29,440 nt of DNA from a virus (taxonomy: Duplodnaviria > Heunggongvirae > Uroviricota > Caudoviricetes), in IMG/VR virus record IMGVR_UViG_3300045988_117814, positions 1-29,440 of that record. One strand, given 5' to 3'. Under the pieces are notes generated by a model that was not told the DNA's origin, did not search any database, and was given only the letters and a program-made list of their open reading frames with translations. Of the stretch, positions 8,178 through 18,781 are shown piece by piece. Position 1 is the stretch's first letter. Each line of letters starts with the position of its first letter. Position numbers and translations under genes: made by a program.

Positions 8178-9170
8178 ATGACAATGGCTGTTAAAGGCTT
8201 TACTGCGCTAACGCTGGCTGACTGGGGTAAGCGCGTCGATCCAAACGGGAAAGTCGATAAGATTATCGAGCTTCTCGGTCAAACTAACCCGATCCTTCAG
8301 GATATGCCTTTTGTCGAAGGGAACCTTCCTACCGGACACCGAACCACCATTCGTTCTGGTTTACCTTCAGCTACCTGGCGTTTGCTGAACTATGGTGTAC
8401 AGCCAAGCAAATCAACCACAGTGCAGGTCACCGATTCCGTTGGCATGCTGGAAACCTATGCTGAAGTCGATAAGTCACTGGCTGATCTGAACGGCAATAC
8501 CGCCGAGTTCCGCCTGTCTGAAGACCGCGCATTTATTGAAGCGATGAATCAGCAGATGGCGCAGACACTGTTTTATGGTGATTCCAGCGTTAACCCTCAG
8601 CAGTTTATGGGACTGTCCTCCCGCTATTCCAGCCTGTCTGCGGGTAATGCTCAGAACATCATTGATGCTGGTGGCACGGGTACAGATAACACCTCAATCT
8701 GGTTAGTGGTGTGGGGCGAAAACACCGTGCATGGCATCTTCCCGAAAGGGCAGAAGGCTGGCATCCAGATGGAAGATAAAGGCCAGGTGACACTGGAAGA
8801 TGCGAATGGCGGCAAGTACGAAGGCTACCGTACCCATTACAAATGGGACAACGGACTTGCTCTGCGTGACTGGCGTTATGTTGTTCGCATTGCAAACATC
8901 GATGTCAGCAATCTTTCAGAACCTTCCTCTGCCGCAAATATTGCGAAGTTGATGGTTAAAGCACTGCATCGCATTCCAAACCGTGGCATGGGCCGCCCGG
9001 TGTTCTACATGAACCGCACTGTAGGCCAGGCTCTTGATCTACAGTCTCTGGAGAAAACATCTCTGGCTATCAGCGTAAAAGAGACTGAAGGCGAGTGGTG
9101 GACTTCATTCCGTGGTGTACCAATTCGTGAAACTGATGCGCTTCTGGAAACAGAAGCCCGCGTGGTGTAA
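8178..9170 (+). CDS. Major capsid protein
   Basis: 330 aa; follows the scaffold gene with a strong SD (AAGAGAGGAA); a stem-loop follows the gene (9188-9203). Confidence 0.8.
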   Translation: MTMAVKGFTALTLADWGKRVDPNGKVDKIIELLGQTNPILQDMPFVEGNLPTGHRTTIRSGLPSATWRLLNYGVQPSKSTTVQVTDSVGMLETYAEVDKSLADLNGNTAEFRLSEDRAFIEAMNQQMAQTLFYGDSSVNPQQFMGLSSRYSSLSAGNAQNIIDAGGTGTDNTSIWLVVWGENTVHGIFPKGQKAGIQMEDKGQVTLEDANGGKYEGYRTHYKWDNGLALRDWRYVVRIANIDVSNLSEPSSAANIAKLMVKALHRIPNRGMGRPVFYMNRTVGQALDLQSLEKTSLAISVKETEGEWWTSFRGVPIRETDALLETEARVV

Positions 9171-9221
9171 CGCCTGTTATTAACCTGTGGGTCGTAACAG
9201 ACCCACTAATGGAGAAAGAAG

Positions 9222-9659
9222 ATGATCACCGACAAACTGTTGATGTTCTCCGAAGCTCAGGCGGTTACGAATACCGCGGCTTCTACTGACGTAATCGATC
9301 TCGGTCCAATTGACGGAAAACGTCGTGATATCGGCGTGGGTTACCCGCTTGAGTTTTGGGCGCTGGTTAACACAGCCGCCGCGGCAAGCGGTGATGCAAC
9401 TGTAAACATCCAGTTGCAGACGAGTGAGAATAACAGCTCATGGACCACTATTTATGATAGTGGCGCACTGGCAAAGACCGCCCTGACAGCAGGTAAACGA
9501 GTTGTTTCTGCAAAGGTGCCTGCCGGTGTTCAGCGATATTTGCGTGTTAACTACTCCGTCGTAACTGGCCCACTAACGGCTGGCGAATTCACTGCTGGTA
9601 TCAGTCTTGATGTTGATGCCAATACGCCGTATCCGATCCGCTCAAAAGTAACTGGTTAA
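9222..9659 (+). CDS. Putative capsid-associated / decoration protein
   Basis: SD GGAGAAAG; 145 aa, beta-rich composition; sits between the capsid and tail-tube genes. Confidence 0.5.
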   Translation: MITDKLLMFSEAQAVTNTAASTDVIDLGPIDGKRRDIGVGYPLEFWALVNTAAAASGDATVNIQLQTSENNSSWTTIYDSGALAKTALTAGKRVVSAKVPAGVQRYLRVNYSVVTGPLTAGEFTAGISLDVDANTPYPIRSKVTG

Positions 9660-9669
9660 GGTGATATCG

Positions 9670-10005
9670 ATGTCAGGTGAGAAACCAAGATACCGCGTTC
9701 TGCGCCTCTCTCATATCCATAACACACTGTGGCCTGAGGGGGCAGAAATCGAATACGAAGGTGAGCCTGGTAGCGCACTGGAACCTGTTAACGATGCAGC
9801 CAGACAGGCAAAAGCAAAAGTTGCAGGAAAGGTGTCAATGGCAACAACCAGCACCAAAATCATCAACGATGTGTCAGATGATGGTGAACTGGATAAGCTC
9901 CGTGAAGAGTACGAATTGCTCTTTAACGAGAAGCCACACCATAACGCCAAAGCCGAAACGCTCCGCGAGAAGATCGCAGATAAGCGTAAAGAACTGGGCG
10001 TGTAA
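9670..10005 (+). CDS. Hypothetical head-module protein
   Basis: ATG at 9670 behind AAGGTGA (the ORF-track start at 9661 is GTG); followed by a GGGGC-TTCG-GCCCC hairpin. Confidence 0.5.
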   Translation: MSGEKPRYRVLRLSHIHNTLWPEGAEIEYEGEPGSALEPVNDAARQAKAKVAGKVSMATTSTKIINDVSDDGELDKLREEYELLFNEKPHHNAKAETLREKIADKRKELGV

Positions 10006-10023
10006 GCCTCGCGGATCAGACAA

Positions 10024-10044
10024 GGGGCTTCGGCCCCTTTATTG
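10024..10044 (+). terminator. Intrinsic terminator / attenuator inside the late operon
   Basis: GGGGC-TTCG-GCCCC tetraloop hairpin followed by TTTATTG. Confidence 0.55.
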
Positions 10045-10055
10045 CAGGAGTGTAT

Positions 10056-10379
10056 ATGGAACTCGTAAACCTCAAAACCGGCACTGACAGCTACCAGGAT
10101 GAGAGCGGAGAAACCAGAACTCGCGATGAATACCCGTGGGGGCTGTGCATCACTCTTAATAACGACACATTGAATAAGCTGAAGGCGCAACCTCAGGGCG
10201 TCGGAACAGAAGTGATGATAACTGCAAAGGCTGTTATTCGAGGCCTGTCTGCCAGAGAAACTGACGATGGGGTTAATCGCAGCGCCGATCTGCAGATCAC
10301 TGATATGGCGATCGCTCCTGTTTCCGGGGATGTAGAAAAATCAGCGGCTGAAACCCTGTACGGCAATGGGGGTGAGTAA
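10056..10379 (+). CDS. Hypothetical virion protein
   Basis: ATG at 10056 behind CAGGAG (the ORF-track start at 10050 is GTG); 107 aa. Confidence 0.5.
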   Translation: MELVNLKTGTDSYQDESGETRTRDEYPWGLCITLNNDTLNKLKAQPQGVGTEVMITAKAVIRGLSARETDDGVNRSADLQITDMAIAPVSGDVEKSAAETLYGNGGE

Positions 10380-10984
10380 TGGCCTCTGTAGTAGAGATCT
10401 GCAATCGTGCGCTGTCCAATATTGGCAATAGCCGCAGCATTAACAGCCTGACGGAAGCCAGCAAGGAAGCGGGGGAATGTTCGCTGCACTTTGAGGCCTG
10501 CCGTGATGCTGTGCTTTCTGATTTTGACTGGAACTTTGCTACCAAACGCGTGGCGCTTGCAGATACGAGCAATCCACCGCCTGACTGGGAATATGCGTAT
10601 CAGTACCCGTCCGATTGTCTGCGCATTACTGAAATTATGCTTCCTGGTGTACGCAATCCAACAGCAGCAATGCGCGTTCAGTACGAAGTTGGTGCAGACA
10701 CCAACGGAACAGGAAAGTTGATCTACACAGACCAGCCGCAGGCATGGCTCAAGTATGTCTCTCGCGTTTCAGATGTGAACATGTTTGATGCCATTTTTAT
10801 GGAGGCGTTGGCCTGGCGTCTTGCGGCAGCTATTAACATGGCGCTGACTGGGAATGCAGACCTCGGTACGTTTGCCCTCAATATGTACAATCGCGTGATT
10901 CTTAGTGCTGGCTCGCATAGCCAGAATGAATCACAGGAACCACAGCCACCGGTTGACGAGTTTACCATTGCGAGGTTGTCCTGA
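10379..10984 (+). CDS. Tail tubular protein A / adaptor, T7 gp11-like
   Basis: About 200 aa directly preceding an ~820-aa protein, as gp11/gp12 are in T7; N-terminal pattern N.AL..IG...I..L......DFDWNF is reminiscent of gp11. Confidence 0.65.
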   Translation: MASVVEICNRALSNIGNSRSINSLTEASKEAGECSLHFEACRDAVLSDFDWNFATKRVALADTSNPPPDWEYAYQYPSDCLRITEIMLPGVRNPTAAMRVQYEVGADTNGTGKLIYTDQPQAWLKYVSRVSDVNMFDAIFMEALAWRLAAAINMALTGNADLGTFALNMYNRVILSAGSHSQNESQEPQPPVDEFTIARLS

Positions 10985-13455
10985 TGGCTATCAGTTGGAT
11001 CCAGCCCAGCTTTGCCGGTGGTGAGATTGGACCGTCGTTGTACGGGCGTATCGACATGGCGAAGTACCAGGTGGCATTGCGCAAGTGCGATAACTTTATC
11101 GTGCGGCAGTATGGCGGCGTTGAGAATCGACCTGGTACGCGTTTTGTCGGTGCCGCCAAATACCCAAATCGGAAATGCCGCCTGATCCCGTTCCAGTTCT
11201 CGACGGTTCAGACTTATGCTCTGGAGTTCGGACACCAGTACATGCGCGTTATCAAAGATGGTGCGTTGGTGCTGAACGGCAGCAATGTTATTTATGAAAT
11301 TGCCACGCCATATACTGAAGCCGATCTGTTCCGAATTAAATTCACGCAAAGCGCAGACGTGCTTACGCTGGTTCATCCGGCATACCCGCCGAAAGAGTTG
11401 CGTCGCTATGCGCATGACAACTGGCAACTGGTTGATGTGGTAACGAAGAACGGACCATTTGAAGATATCAATATTGACGAGTCAGTGACGGTTTATGCCA
11501 GCGCCAGCACCGGGACAATTACGTTAACGGCAAGCGCCTCTATTTTTGGCTCGGAGCAGGTAGGCAAATTGTTCTATCTGGAACAGCCTGCAGTGGATTC
11601 AGTGCCGGTATGGGAAACCAGTAAGAGTACGTCGATTGACGATGTTCGCCGTGCAGACAGTAACTACTATCGCGCTGTTACAGCAGGTAAAACAGGCACT
11701 TTGCGCCCTTCGCATACAGAAGGCACATCATGGGATGGTTGGGGCGGATCCGGTGATGATGATACCGGCATTGAGTGGGAATATCTGCACAGTGGTTTTG
11801 GCATTGCCCGTATCACTGCTGCAAATGGAACTACTGCAACTGCCGAGGTGATTTCCTATATCCCTTCGCAGGTCGTTGGCGAGGATAATGCCAGCTATAA
11901 ATGGGCTAAATATGCCTGGAACAGTATTAACGGTTATCCTGGCACTGTTGTTTATTATCAACAACGTCTTTACTTCGCCGCATCGACTGTGTTCCCTCAG
12001 ACTATCTGGGCCAGCCGTACTGGGGATTATAAGGATTTTGGCAAAAGCAATCCTACGCAGGATGACGACAGAATTATCTACACCTATGCCGGGCGTCAGG
12101 TTAATGAGATCCGCCACCTGATTGATGTTGGTTCGCTGGTGGCGCTGACTTCCGGAGGTGAGTACGTCATCACCGGTGACCAGAACAAAGTATTAACCCC
12201 ATCATCATTTGCATTCAGCTCTCAGGGATCAAATGGCTCGAGCAATGTCCCACCAATTGCCGTGGCGAATATTGCTCTGTTCGTCCAGGAGAAAGGCAGT
12301 GTTGTCCGTGATCTGGCCTACTCATTCGATGTTGACGGCTATCAGGGGAACGACCTGACCATCCTTGCCAATCATCTTTTTCAGAAGCACAGCATTGTTG
12401 ACTGGTGCTTCTCTATTGTCCCTTACTCCAGCGCCTTCTGCATTCGTGATGACGGTAAATTACTGGTGATGACCTATTTGCGTGATCAGCAGGTTTTTGC
12501 ATGGGCACCACAATCCAGTACCGGAAAATATGAAAGCACATGCAGTATCAGCGAAGGCAATGAAGATGCGGTGTATTTCGTCGTTAACCGAACCGTTAAC
12601 GGGCAAACAGTGAGATACATCGAGCGGCTGTCCAGCCGTTTATTTACCAGCGATGAAGATGCTTTCTTTGTTGATTCTGGCCTTAGCTATGATGGAAGAA
12701 ATACGTCTGACAGAACGATGACCATCACTGGTGGTTCTGGTGAATGGGATTACCGTGCGGAATATACAATCAGTGTTTCTGGTGGTGCGTACTTCACCAG
12801 TAGTGATGTCGGCGCGCAACTACAGTTCCCTTATACCGGAACTTATCCTAATACTGGCGATGAGGTGTCAAAAGAATTACGTTGCGACATTATTTCTGTA
12901 ACCAGCAATACCGCTGTAGTGGTTCGTGCTAACAGGAACGTCCCGCCATCCCTCAGGAATGTGGCCACCACGAACTGGCAGATGGCGCGCCGGACATTTG
13001 GAGGCCTATCTCATCTTGAAGGCCAGACCGTAAACATTCTCTCTGATGCGAACGTGGAACCACAGAAAGTGGTTTCCGGAGGTGCCGTCACGCTGGAATC
13101 TCCGGGGGCTGTAGTGCACATCGGCCTGCCAATAACTGCTGAATTCGAAACACTGGATATCAACATTAACGGACAGGAAACGCTGCTGGACAAAAAACAG
13201 GTGATCCCCTCCGTTACTCTGGTTGTGAATGCCAGTCGCGGCATCTGGGCGACTACGCCCGGCGGTAAATGGTACGAATATCCACAGCGTGAATTCGAGT
13301 TCTACGATGATCCTGTTGATGATGCTACCGGAAAAGTAGAAGTGAAACTGGACAGTAACTGGGGCAAAAACGGACGTGTAAAAATCCGTCAGCTTGATCC
13401 GTTGCCGCTGTCTGTTCTTGCCGTTATTCCTCGCCTTACTGTTGGGGGATTCTGA
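10984..13455 (+). CDS. Tail tubular protein B / nozzle, T7 gp12-like
   Basis: 823 aa, beta-rich; start overlaps the previous stop; size and position match gp12. Confidence 0.65.
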   Translation: MAISWIQPSFAGGEIGPSLYGRIDMAKYQVALRKCDNFIVRQYGGVENRPGTRFVGAAKYPNRKCRLIPFQFSTVQTYALEFGHQYMRVIKDGALVLNGSNVIYEIATPYTEADLFRIKFTQSADVLTLVHPAYPPKELRRYAHDNWQLVDVVTKNGPFEDINIDESVTVYASASTGTITLTASASIFGSEQVGKLFYLEQPAVDSVPVWETSKSTSIDDVRRADSNYYRAVTAGKTGTLRPSHTEGTSWDGWGGSGDDDTGIEWEYLHSGFGIARITAANGTTATAEVISYIPSQVVGEDNASYKWAKYAWNSINGYPGTVVYYQQRLYFAASTVFPQTIWASRTGDYKDFGKSNPTQDDDRIIYTYAGRQVNEIRHLIDVGSLVALTSGGEYVITGDQNKVLTPSSFAFSSQGSNGSSNVPPIAVANIALFVQEKGSVVRDLAYSFDVDGYQGNDLTILANHLFQKHSIVDWCFSIVPYSSAFCIRDDGKLLVMTYLRDQQVFAWAPQSSTGKYESTCSISEGNEDAVYFVVNRTVNGQTVRYIERLSSRLFTSDEDAFFVDSGLSYDGRNTSDRTMTITGGSGEWDYRAEYTISVSGGAYFTSSDVGAQLQFPYTGTYPNTGDEVSKELRCDIISVTSNTAVVVRANRNVPPSLRNVATTNWQMARRTFGGLSHLEGQTVNILSDANVEPQKVVSGGAVTLESPGAVVHIGLPITAEFETLDININGQETLLDKKQVIPSVTLVVNASRGIWATTPGGKWYEYPQREFEFYDDPVDDATGKVEVKLDSNWGKNGRVKIRQLDPLPLSVLAVIPRLTVGGF

Positions 13456-13919
13456 TGATCGATGTTCAAATTATTCCCGCAACCGAAGAGCATCTTCAGA
13501 TGATTTTGCCGGATGCTCGTCAGGCTGATATTGACGAACTGTATGCGGTATCACTGATGACTACCGAAGATGCGCTGCGTGTTGGTCTGCGTACTGCGAC
13601 TATGGCCTGGTCAGGATTTGCGAACGGAGAACTGGTAACCATGTTTGGCGTATCTCCGGCGTCAATGATCGGTGGCAATGGTACGCCCTGGCTGGTCGGA
13701 ACCAGCCGTATCGAAAAATATCAGAAGACATTTCTTCGCCACTGCCGCCCTGTATTGCAGCAGATGCTGGCAGTTTATCCGCGCCTGGAAAACTATGTCG
13801 ACGAGCGAAACCATGTTGCCAAAGCATGGCTGCACTGGCTTGGATTCAGGCTTGAAGAAGCCGCGCCTTATGGTGCTCTTGGTCTTAATTTCCACAGATT
13901 TCACATGGAGAGAAAATAA
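13455..13919 (+). CDS. Virion assembly / internal protein at the gp13-equivalent position
   Basis: ATG overlapping the upstream stop; 154 aa. Confidence 0.5.
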   Translation: MIDVQIIPATEEHLQMILPDARQADIDELYAVSLMTTEDALRVGLRTATMAWSGFANGELVTMFGVSPASMIGGNGTPWLVGTSRIEKYQKTFLRHCRPVLQQMLAVYPRLENYVDERNHVAKAWLHWLGFRLEEAAPYGALGLNFHRFHMERK

Positions 13920-14464
13920 TGTGCGATCCGGTTATTGCTGGTGGCGCAATGCTCGCCATGAGTGGCATTCAGGCATACACCCAGTACCAACAGGGAAAGT
14001 ATGCCTCGAAGGTTGCAGAAGCGAACGCAGATATAGCCACAGCTCAGGCAAATGATGCAATAAACAGAGGTAACGCTGAAGCTGAGCAACGGCGCAGAGA
14101 GACCCGACAGCGGCTTGGTACACAGGCGGCGACAATGGGGGCTACCGGCGCTGATTTATCTACAGGTAACGCGCTGGATATATTTGGCGACACTGCCCAG
14201 TTTGGCGCTCTTGATTCTCTGACGACGGTGAATAACGCGCAACGCGAGGCTTACGGTTATCAGGTTCAGGCTGCCAACTATAAAGCAGAAGCCAGTTCAG
14301 CCCGTAAACAGGGGAATGTGGGAGCAGTAACAACATTGCTCACTGCGCCTCTGAAGGCATACGGTGCGTACCAGATGTTTGGTGGGACGTGGAGTCCGTT
14401 TACTCAAAGCACCCCTGCGCCAATCGGGGCAGCAGCAGGAACCAGATTACCCGGAGGATTATAA
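13919..14464 (+). CDS. Internal virion protein, T7 gp14-like
   Basis: N-terminus MC... with a hydrophobic stretch, then an Ala/Gln-rich helical protein of ~180 aa, as in gp14. Confidence 0.65.
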   Translation: MCDPVIAGGAMLAMSGIQAYTQYQQGKYASKVAEANADIATAQANDAINRGNAEAEQRRRETRQRLGTQAATMGATGADLSTGNALDIFGDTAQFGALDSLTTVNNAQREAYGYQVQAANYKAEASSARKQGNVGAVTTLLTAPLKAYGAYQMFGGTWSPFTQSTPAPIGAAAGTRLPGGL

Positions 14465-16977
14465 TGCCAGTCGTACCAACAGTATCCGGCCGTCAGGTTC
14501 AGAGCCGTGGAGTTCAGTCAGCAGGCTTGCAGAGGTTTTCTCAGCCAGGTATTGGTGATGCTTTTGTTCGGGCAGGGACAGAGGCAATTGATGTTTTTGG
14601 TCAGGCAAAACAGCGTGCCAATATCGCTCTGGCTCAGGAGGCATCTCTTAACCTCAGTCAGATAAGCAGTGATCTGCTGAATAATCCTGAAACAGGATTG
14701 CTTAACCTGAAAGGGAAAAATGCTATTGGAAAAGGCCAGGAGTATACGCAGCAGTTTGATGCTCAGGTCGAACAACTGGCTATGTCGCTGCCGGATGAAC
14801 AGGCTCGTAATGCTTTCATGCAGCAGGCGCAGCAGCAGCGCATTCAGTTCACTACGCAGGCAGGGCGGCACGAGATAGGGCAAATAAATGCCTACGAAGA
14901 AGGCCAGTTTCAGGCTACGCTGCTGAACAATGGTAAAAATGCCGCAGCATTGTATGGCGACAACGCCGCATACGTATTGGCTAATAAGCAAACTTTCCAG
15001 CAAATTGAGGATTACGGCGTTGCACATGGCTGGAGTGACGAGCAAATCCAGGCCAAGAAAATCGAGTTTAAAGAGAAGGTTGCTGATGCTGCATTGTCCC
15101 AGTGGTCGGCAAACAATGCGACCACATTCATCCAAAGTAATGGCGAGTTAAGTGATACTGCTGCTGGAGCTCGCCGTGCTGTAGCAGATAGTGACTCTTC
15201 CGAGCGTGCCCGTGGCATACGCAACAATAACCCAGGAAATCTCGAATACAGCAAAACTAATCCGTGGGTAGGCCAGACCGGTGATGATGGTCGATTTGCT
15301 AAATTCGAAACACCTGAACACGGGATTCGTGCATTAGGGCGGAACCTGATGTCGTATCAGAGGCAGGGTATTGATACCGTCAGCGAGATAATTAATCGCT
15401 GGGCACCGCCTACTGATAAAAATGACACTATGTCGTATATCAAAGCAGTGTGCGAACAACTTGGCGTTTCTGCTGATGAGCCTCTCGATGCATCTAATCC
15501 TGATACCCTGAAGGCGCTTTGTGCAGCCATTATCCATCATGAGAACGGTAGCCAGCCATACAGTGATCAGCAGTTAACTGCTGGTGTCAGTGCAGCACTT
15601 GGTTTATCAACAATTCCAACCAACACCAAACGCTATACCGGTAATGCAGCATTCGATGCGGCATCTCCTGAGGCGCAGGCAAGTTTTATGCGACAGGCGG
15701 ATCAACTGCGTCGGCAGCAGCAGGCTGAATATAAAACGATGATTGACAGCCAGGTTCGCGATGCGACAGCTGCGTATATGCGTGGCGTTGAATTTCCTAA
15801 CCCACCTGGTGAGGCTGATTTTATTGCAGCTTATGGAGTCAGAGAAGGAAACCTGCGATATACCGAGTTCAGAAATACGCAAATCGCCGGACAGTATATA
15901 GGCTCTTTCCGCAACATGCCGACAAGCAGCATTACAGCATATGTTGAGCAATTACGCCCGGATACTGGTGAGACAGGGGAGGGTTATGCGGCACGAGCCG
16001 CTCTTTATGACAACGTTGTGTCGGCTGCAAGTCAGGTGATAAAGCAGCGACAGGCTGATCCTGTACAGTTCTCTCTTGCCGCCGGACAGGCAAAGCCTAT
16101 CGACATGAGCAATAAGGATAACTTTGGACAGAGCGTTGCCTTGCGTGCTACTCAGGTCAGTGACCTTGCTAAGTCATATGGCACTCCACTGACGTTCTTT
16201 TCCAAAGACGAGGCCAATCAGATCGGTGTTTTCTTTCGTGATGCGCCCGTTTCCCAACAGGCAGCATATCTCGATACCATCAGGCAGAGCACTGGTGGTG
16301 GGCAGGTGTATATGTCAGCACTACAGCAGATCAGTGCCAACGCTCCATCTGCTGCCGTTGCCGGGATACTGATGGATAAGCCAGGTGGTATTTTGGCAGA
16401 AAAAAACTGGTTTAATCCGGATGTTTCCGTGTCTCCTGAAACCGCTGCGCAGACAATTCTTGCTGGCGCGGCGGCTCGTAAAGGTACTGATGACGCGAAA
16501 GGTATTCCGATGCCTAAAGATGCTGATCTCCGCCTTGAGTTTTCTGACATGGTGAAGGATGCATTTGCTGGTGATGCTCAGGGGGCATCAATGGCATACG
16601 AGATCGCAAAGGACTATTACGCTGGTGTGATGGCGAAAAAAGGCGTGGTATCAGGCGAAATTGACAATGATATCTGGAAACAGGCTGTTAACGTAGCTAC
16701 AGGTGGCGTGCATGACTATAACGGAATGGGGAATGTTCTTTTGCCGTGGGGAATGTCTGCAGAGCAATTCGATAAGCAGGTTAATCAGGCTTGGAATGAA
16801 CAAGTTGTTGGCACAGGGATAAAAACACCGCCTGGTCAGTATGGTTTGCAAAGTTACGGCGATAGTCAGTACCTGGTGAAACTTGGTACTGGTTATCTGC
16901 TAAAAGATGATGGTTCTCCCGTTGTTCTTGATCTGACACAGAAGCGTCAGAGATTCTCCGGAGATATTCCGCAATGA
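14464..16977 (+). CDS. Large internal virion / ejection protein, with a candidate enzymatic domain
   Basis: ATG at 14464 overlapping the upstream stop (TAATG) behind GGAGG; the ORF-track start at 14389 would overlap the previous gene by 75 nt. Contains a conserved-looking block RNNNPGNLEYS...PEHGIRALGRNLMSYQRQG. Confidence 0.7.
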   Translation: MPVVPTVSGRQVQSRGVQSAGLQRFSQPGIGDAFVRAGTEAIDVFGQAKQRANIALAQEASLNLSQISSDLLNNPETGLLNLKGKNAIGKGQEYTQQFDAQVEQLAMSLPDEQARNAFMQQAQQQRIQFTTQAGRHEIGQINAYEEGQFQATLLNNGKNAAALYGDNAAYVLANKQTFQQIEDYGVAHGWSDEQIQAKKIEFKEKVADAALSQWSANNATTFIQSNGELSDTAAGARRAVADSDSSERARGIRNNNPGNLEYSKTNPWVGQTGDDGRFAKFETPEHGIRALGRNLMSYQRQGIDTVSEIINRWAPPTDKNDTMSYIKAVCEQLGVSADEPLDASNPDTLKALCAAIIHHENGSQPYSDQQLTAGVSAALGLSTIPTNTKRYTGNAAFDAASPEAQASFMRQADQLRRQQQAEYKTMIDSQVRDATAAYMRGVEFPNPPGEADFIAAYGVREGNLRYTEFRNTQIAGQYIGSFRNMPTSSITAYVEQLRPDTGETGEGYAARAALYDNVVSAASQVIKQRQADPVQFSLAAGQAKPIDMSNKDNFGQSVALRATQVSDLAKSYGTPLTFFSKDEANQIGVFFRDAPVSQQAAYLDTIRQSTGGGQVYMSALQQISANAPSAAVAGILMDKPGGILAEKNWFNPDVSVSPETAAQTILAGAAARKGTDDAKGIPMPKDADLRLEFSDMVKDAFAGDAQGASMAYEIAKDYYAGVMAKKGVVSGEIDNDIWKQAVNVATGGVHDYNGMGNVLLPWGMSAEQFDKQVNQAWNEQVVGTGIKTPPGQYGLQSYGDSQYLVKLGTGYLLKDDGSPVVLDLTQKRQRFSGDIPQ

Positions 16978-18776
16978 GTTACTTTGGCCTTAATCCAGTA
17001 AACCAGAATCAGCAGCTTGAAGAAGCAGCATCAAATCCAGTTGGCTTTAACAGCGATGTTGGTTTTTTCGACAATGCTGTAGGAGCGGCATTGTCTGGTT
17101 TGTACTCCGGGCTGGTGGCAAAGCCAGATCAGTTGCTCTGGGCAGGGATGGATAAAATCGTATCCCCGATTGCTCAGTTTGTTAACGAAAACACCTCGCT
17201 CAATGACACTTCAGTTTCATACATTGCCGAGCAGAGAAAACTAGCAGAGCAGCAGGTTAAGCGGCTGACGCCTGATGCGGCGACAACCGGAACAGCCGGG
17301 CAGATTCTTTATGGGTTGTTCGATATGGGCGGGCAGGCTGTTATTGGTACAACGCTCGGTGGTCCGGTCGGAGGTGCTGCGGCGGTAACTTCGCTACAGG
17401 GTTTTTCTGAGTTTGAACGGCTGACAGCACAGGGTGTTGATTTCAGGACGGCGCAGGAAGCGGGATTAGTGCAGGGTATTACTGCTGGTGCCGGAACACT
17501 GATCCCTATGAGCCTCGGGTTACGTGCTGGTGGTGCGCTGGCGGAAGGTGTGGCGGCTCAGCTTGCGCGGACGGGTGAAAGTTCAGTGCGACGCGCCGCA
17601 GCAACAGCAGTACGTGCAACGCCAGATATTGCCTATGCCGCAGGTACAAATATTGCGTTCGGTATGGCACAGCGTGGGCTTACTGCAAAAACGCTTCGTG
17701 ATGGTGGCTATAGCGAAATGGCTAACCAGTATGATGTGTTAGATCGACAGGCAATTGCTATTGATGCTGTTCTTGGGGTGGCGTTTGGTGGTGTCGGCAG
17801 ATTTATTAACTCTCGCGGCGAATCTACAAGCGCACCAAATTTTTCACCAGTTGATGTCGATGCTGCACTGGCGGCGAATGCCGCTCATCATGCTGAAATT
17901 GATATTGCTCCCGGCGTCCCGATCAACGTACTTTCGCGAAATTCTCACATTCAGGCTCTGCGAAAAGCCATGTCTGATGTTAGCCAGGCGAGACCTGTAG
18001 ACGTTGCCAGCATTGTTGAGTCTGCATCTTTCAGTGAAATTCCTGGGCGCAAGAGTCTGCTGTCTCAGGCAGTTAATGAGGCTCTGTCATCTGTAGATGA
18101 TGGAGTAACGGCGCGCGCTATAGAAAATCGGTTGCTTGAAGAACAGGCCGCGCAGCTTTTGCCGCGTGGCGATAGACAGGTTTACCAGTCTGAAATCGCT
18201 AATAGCCAACGAATTATTGAAAATCTCACTGAACAGCGCGCACAAATTCTTGCAGAAGAGCCAACCGGTAGCGGTAAGGCTTTATCTCGTGCTCGATCAG
18301 ATAAACAGGCCAGACTTCGCGATATTGACCAACGAATCCGGCAGGCACAAGAACGCCTGGAATTTTCTCGTAACGCGTTGGCACCGCATGAGCCTGGCGG
18401 TCAGTTTTTTGAAGCTCGAGCAGAACTGGCACGGCGACAGCAGGTAGAAAGTGAACTTAATGCTCAGGCTGTTTCATTCTATAAAACAGCAGAGGTCAGG
18501 ACGCCAGACGAAGTAGCTCCTTTTGAGCCTGATAAAATATTGCAACAGGCAGAACAAAAAATGATGGCATATCAGGCAGGAGATATTGACCTGCGCATAG
18601 CTGAAGACTCGCTGCTTGAATCACCTGACATGATAATCACCGTGCTGGATGATGATGGTAATCCACAATCGCGCAGTGCGCGTGAAGTACTGGATGAAGC
18701 GAACAGGGAAAGTGAGCAGGCAATACAGGATTCCAGCCTGTTTGATGTCGCTGTGGCGTGTTTCTTGAGAGGTTAA
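16974..18776 (+). CDS. Internal virion / ejection protein
   Basis: 600 aa; start overlaps the previous stop (ATGA); Ala/Gly-rich N-terminal half and coiled-coil C-terminal half. Confidence 0.65.
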   Translation: MSYFGLNPVNQNQQLEEAASNPVGFNSDVGFFDNAVGAALSGLYSGLVAKPDQLLWAGMDKIVSPIAQFVNENTSLNDTSVSYIAEQRKLAEQQVKRLTPDAATTGTAGQILYGLFDMGGQAVIGTTLGGPVGGAAAVTSLQGFSEFERLTAQGVDFRTAQEAGLVQGITAGAGTLIPMSLGLRAGGALAEGVAAQLARTGESSVRRAAATAVRATPDIAYAAGTNIAFGMAQRGLTAKTLRDGGYSEMANQYDVLDRQAIAIDAVLGVAFGGVGRFINSRGESTSAPNFSPVDVDAALAANAAHHAEIDIAPGVPINVLSRNSHIQALRKAMSDVSQARPVDVASIVESASFSEIPGRKSLLSQAVNEALSSVDDGVTARAIENRLLEEQAAQLLPRGDRQVYQSEIANSQRIIENLTEQRAQILAEEPTGSGKALSRARSDKQARLRDIDQRIRQAQERLEFSRNALAPHEPGGQFFEARAELARRQQVESELNAQAVSFYKTAEVRTPDEVAPFEPDKILQQAEQKMMAYQAGDIDLRIAEDSLLESPDMIITVLDDDGNPQSRSAREVLDEANRESEQAIQDSSLFDVAVACFLRG

Positions 18777-18781
18777 ATTAA

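Noticed and set aside
14389-14463. Upstream extension of the large ejection-protein ORF
   Set aside because: It would overlap the preceding gene by 75 nt; the ATG at 14464 has a GGAGG SD and the usual TAATG stop/start overlap.
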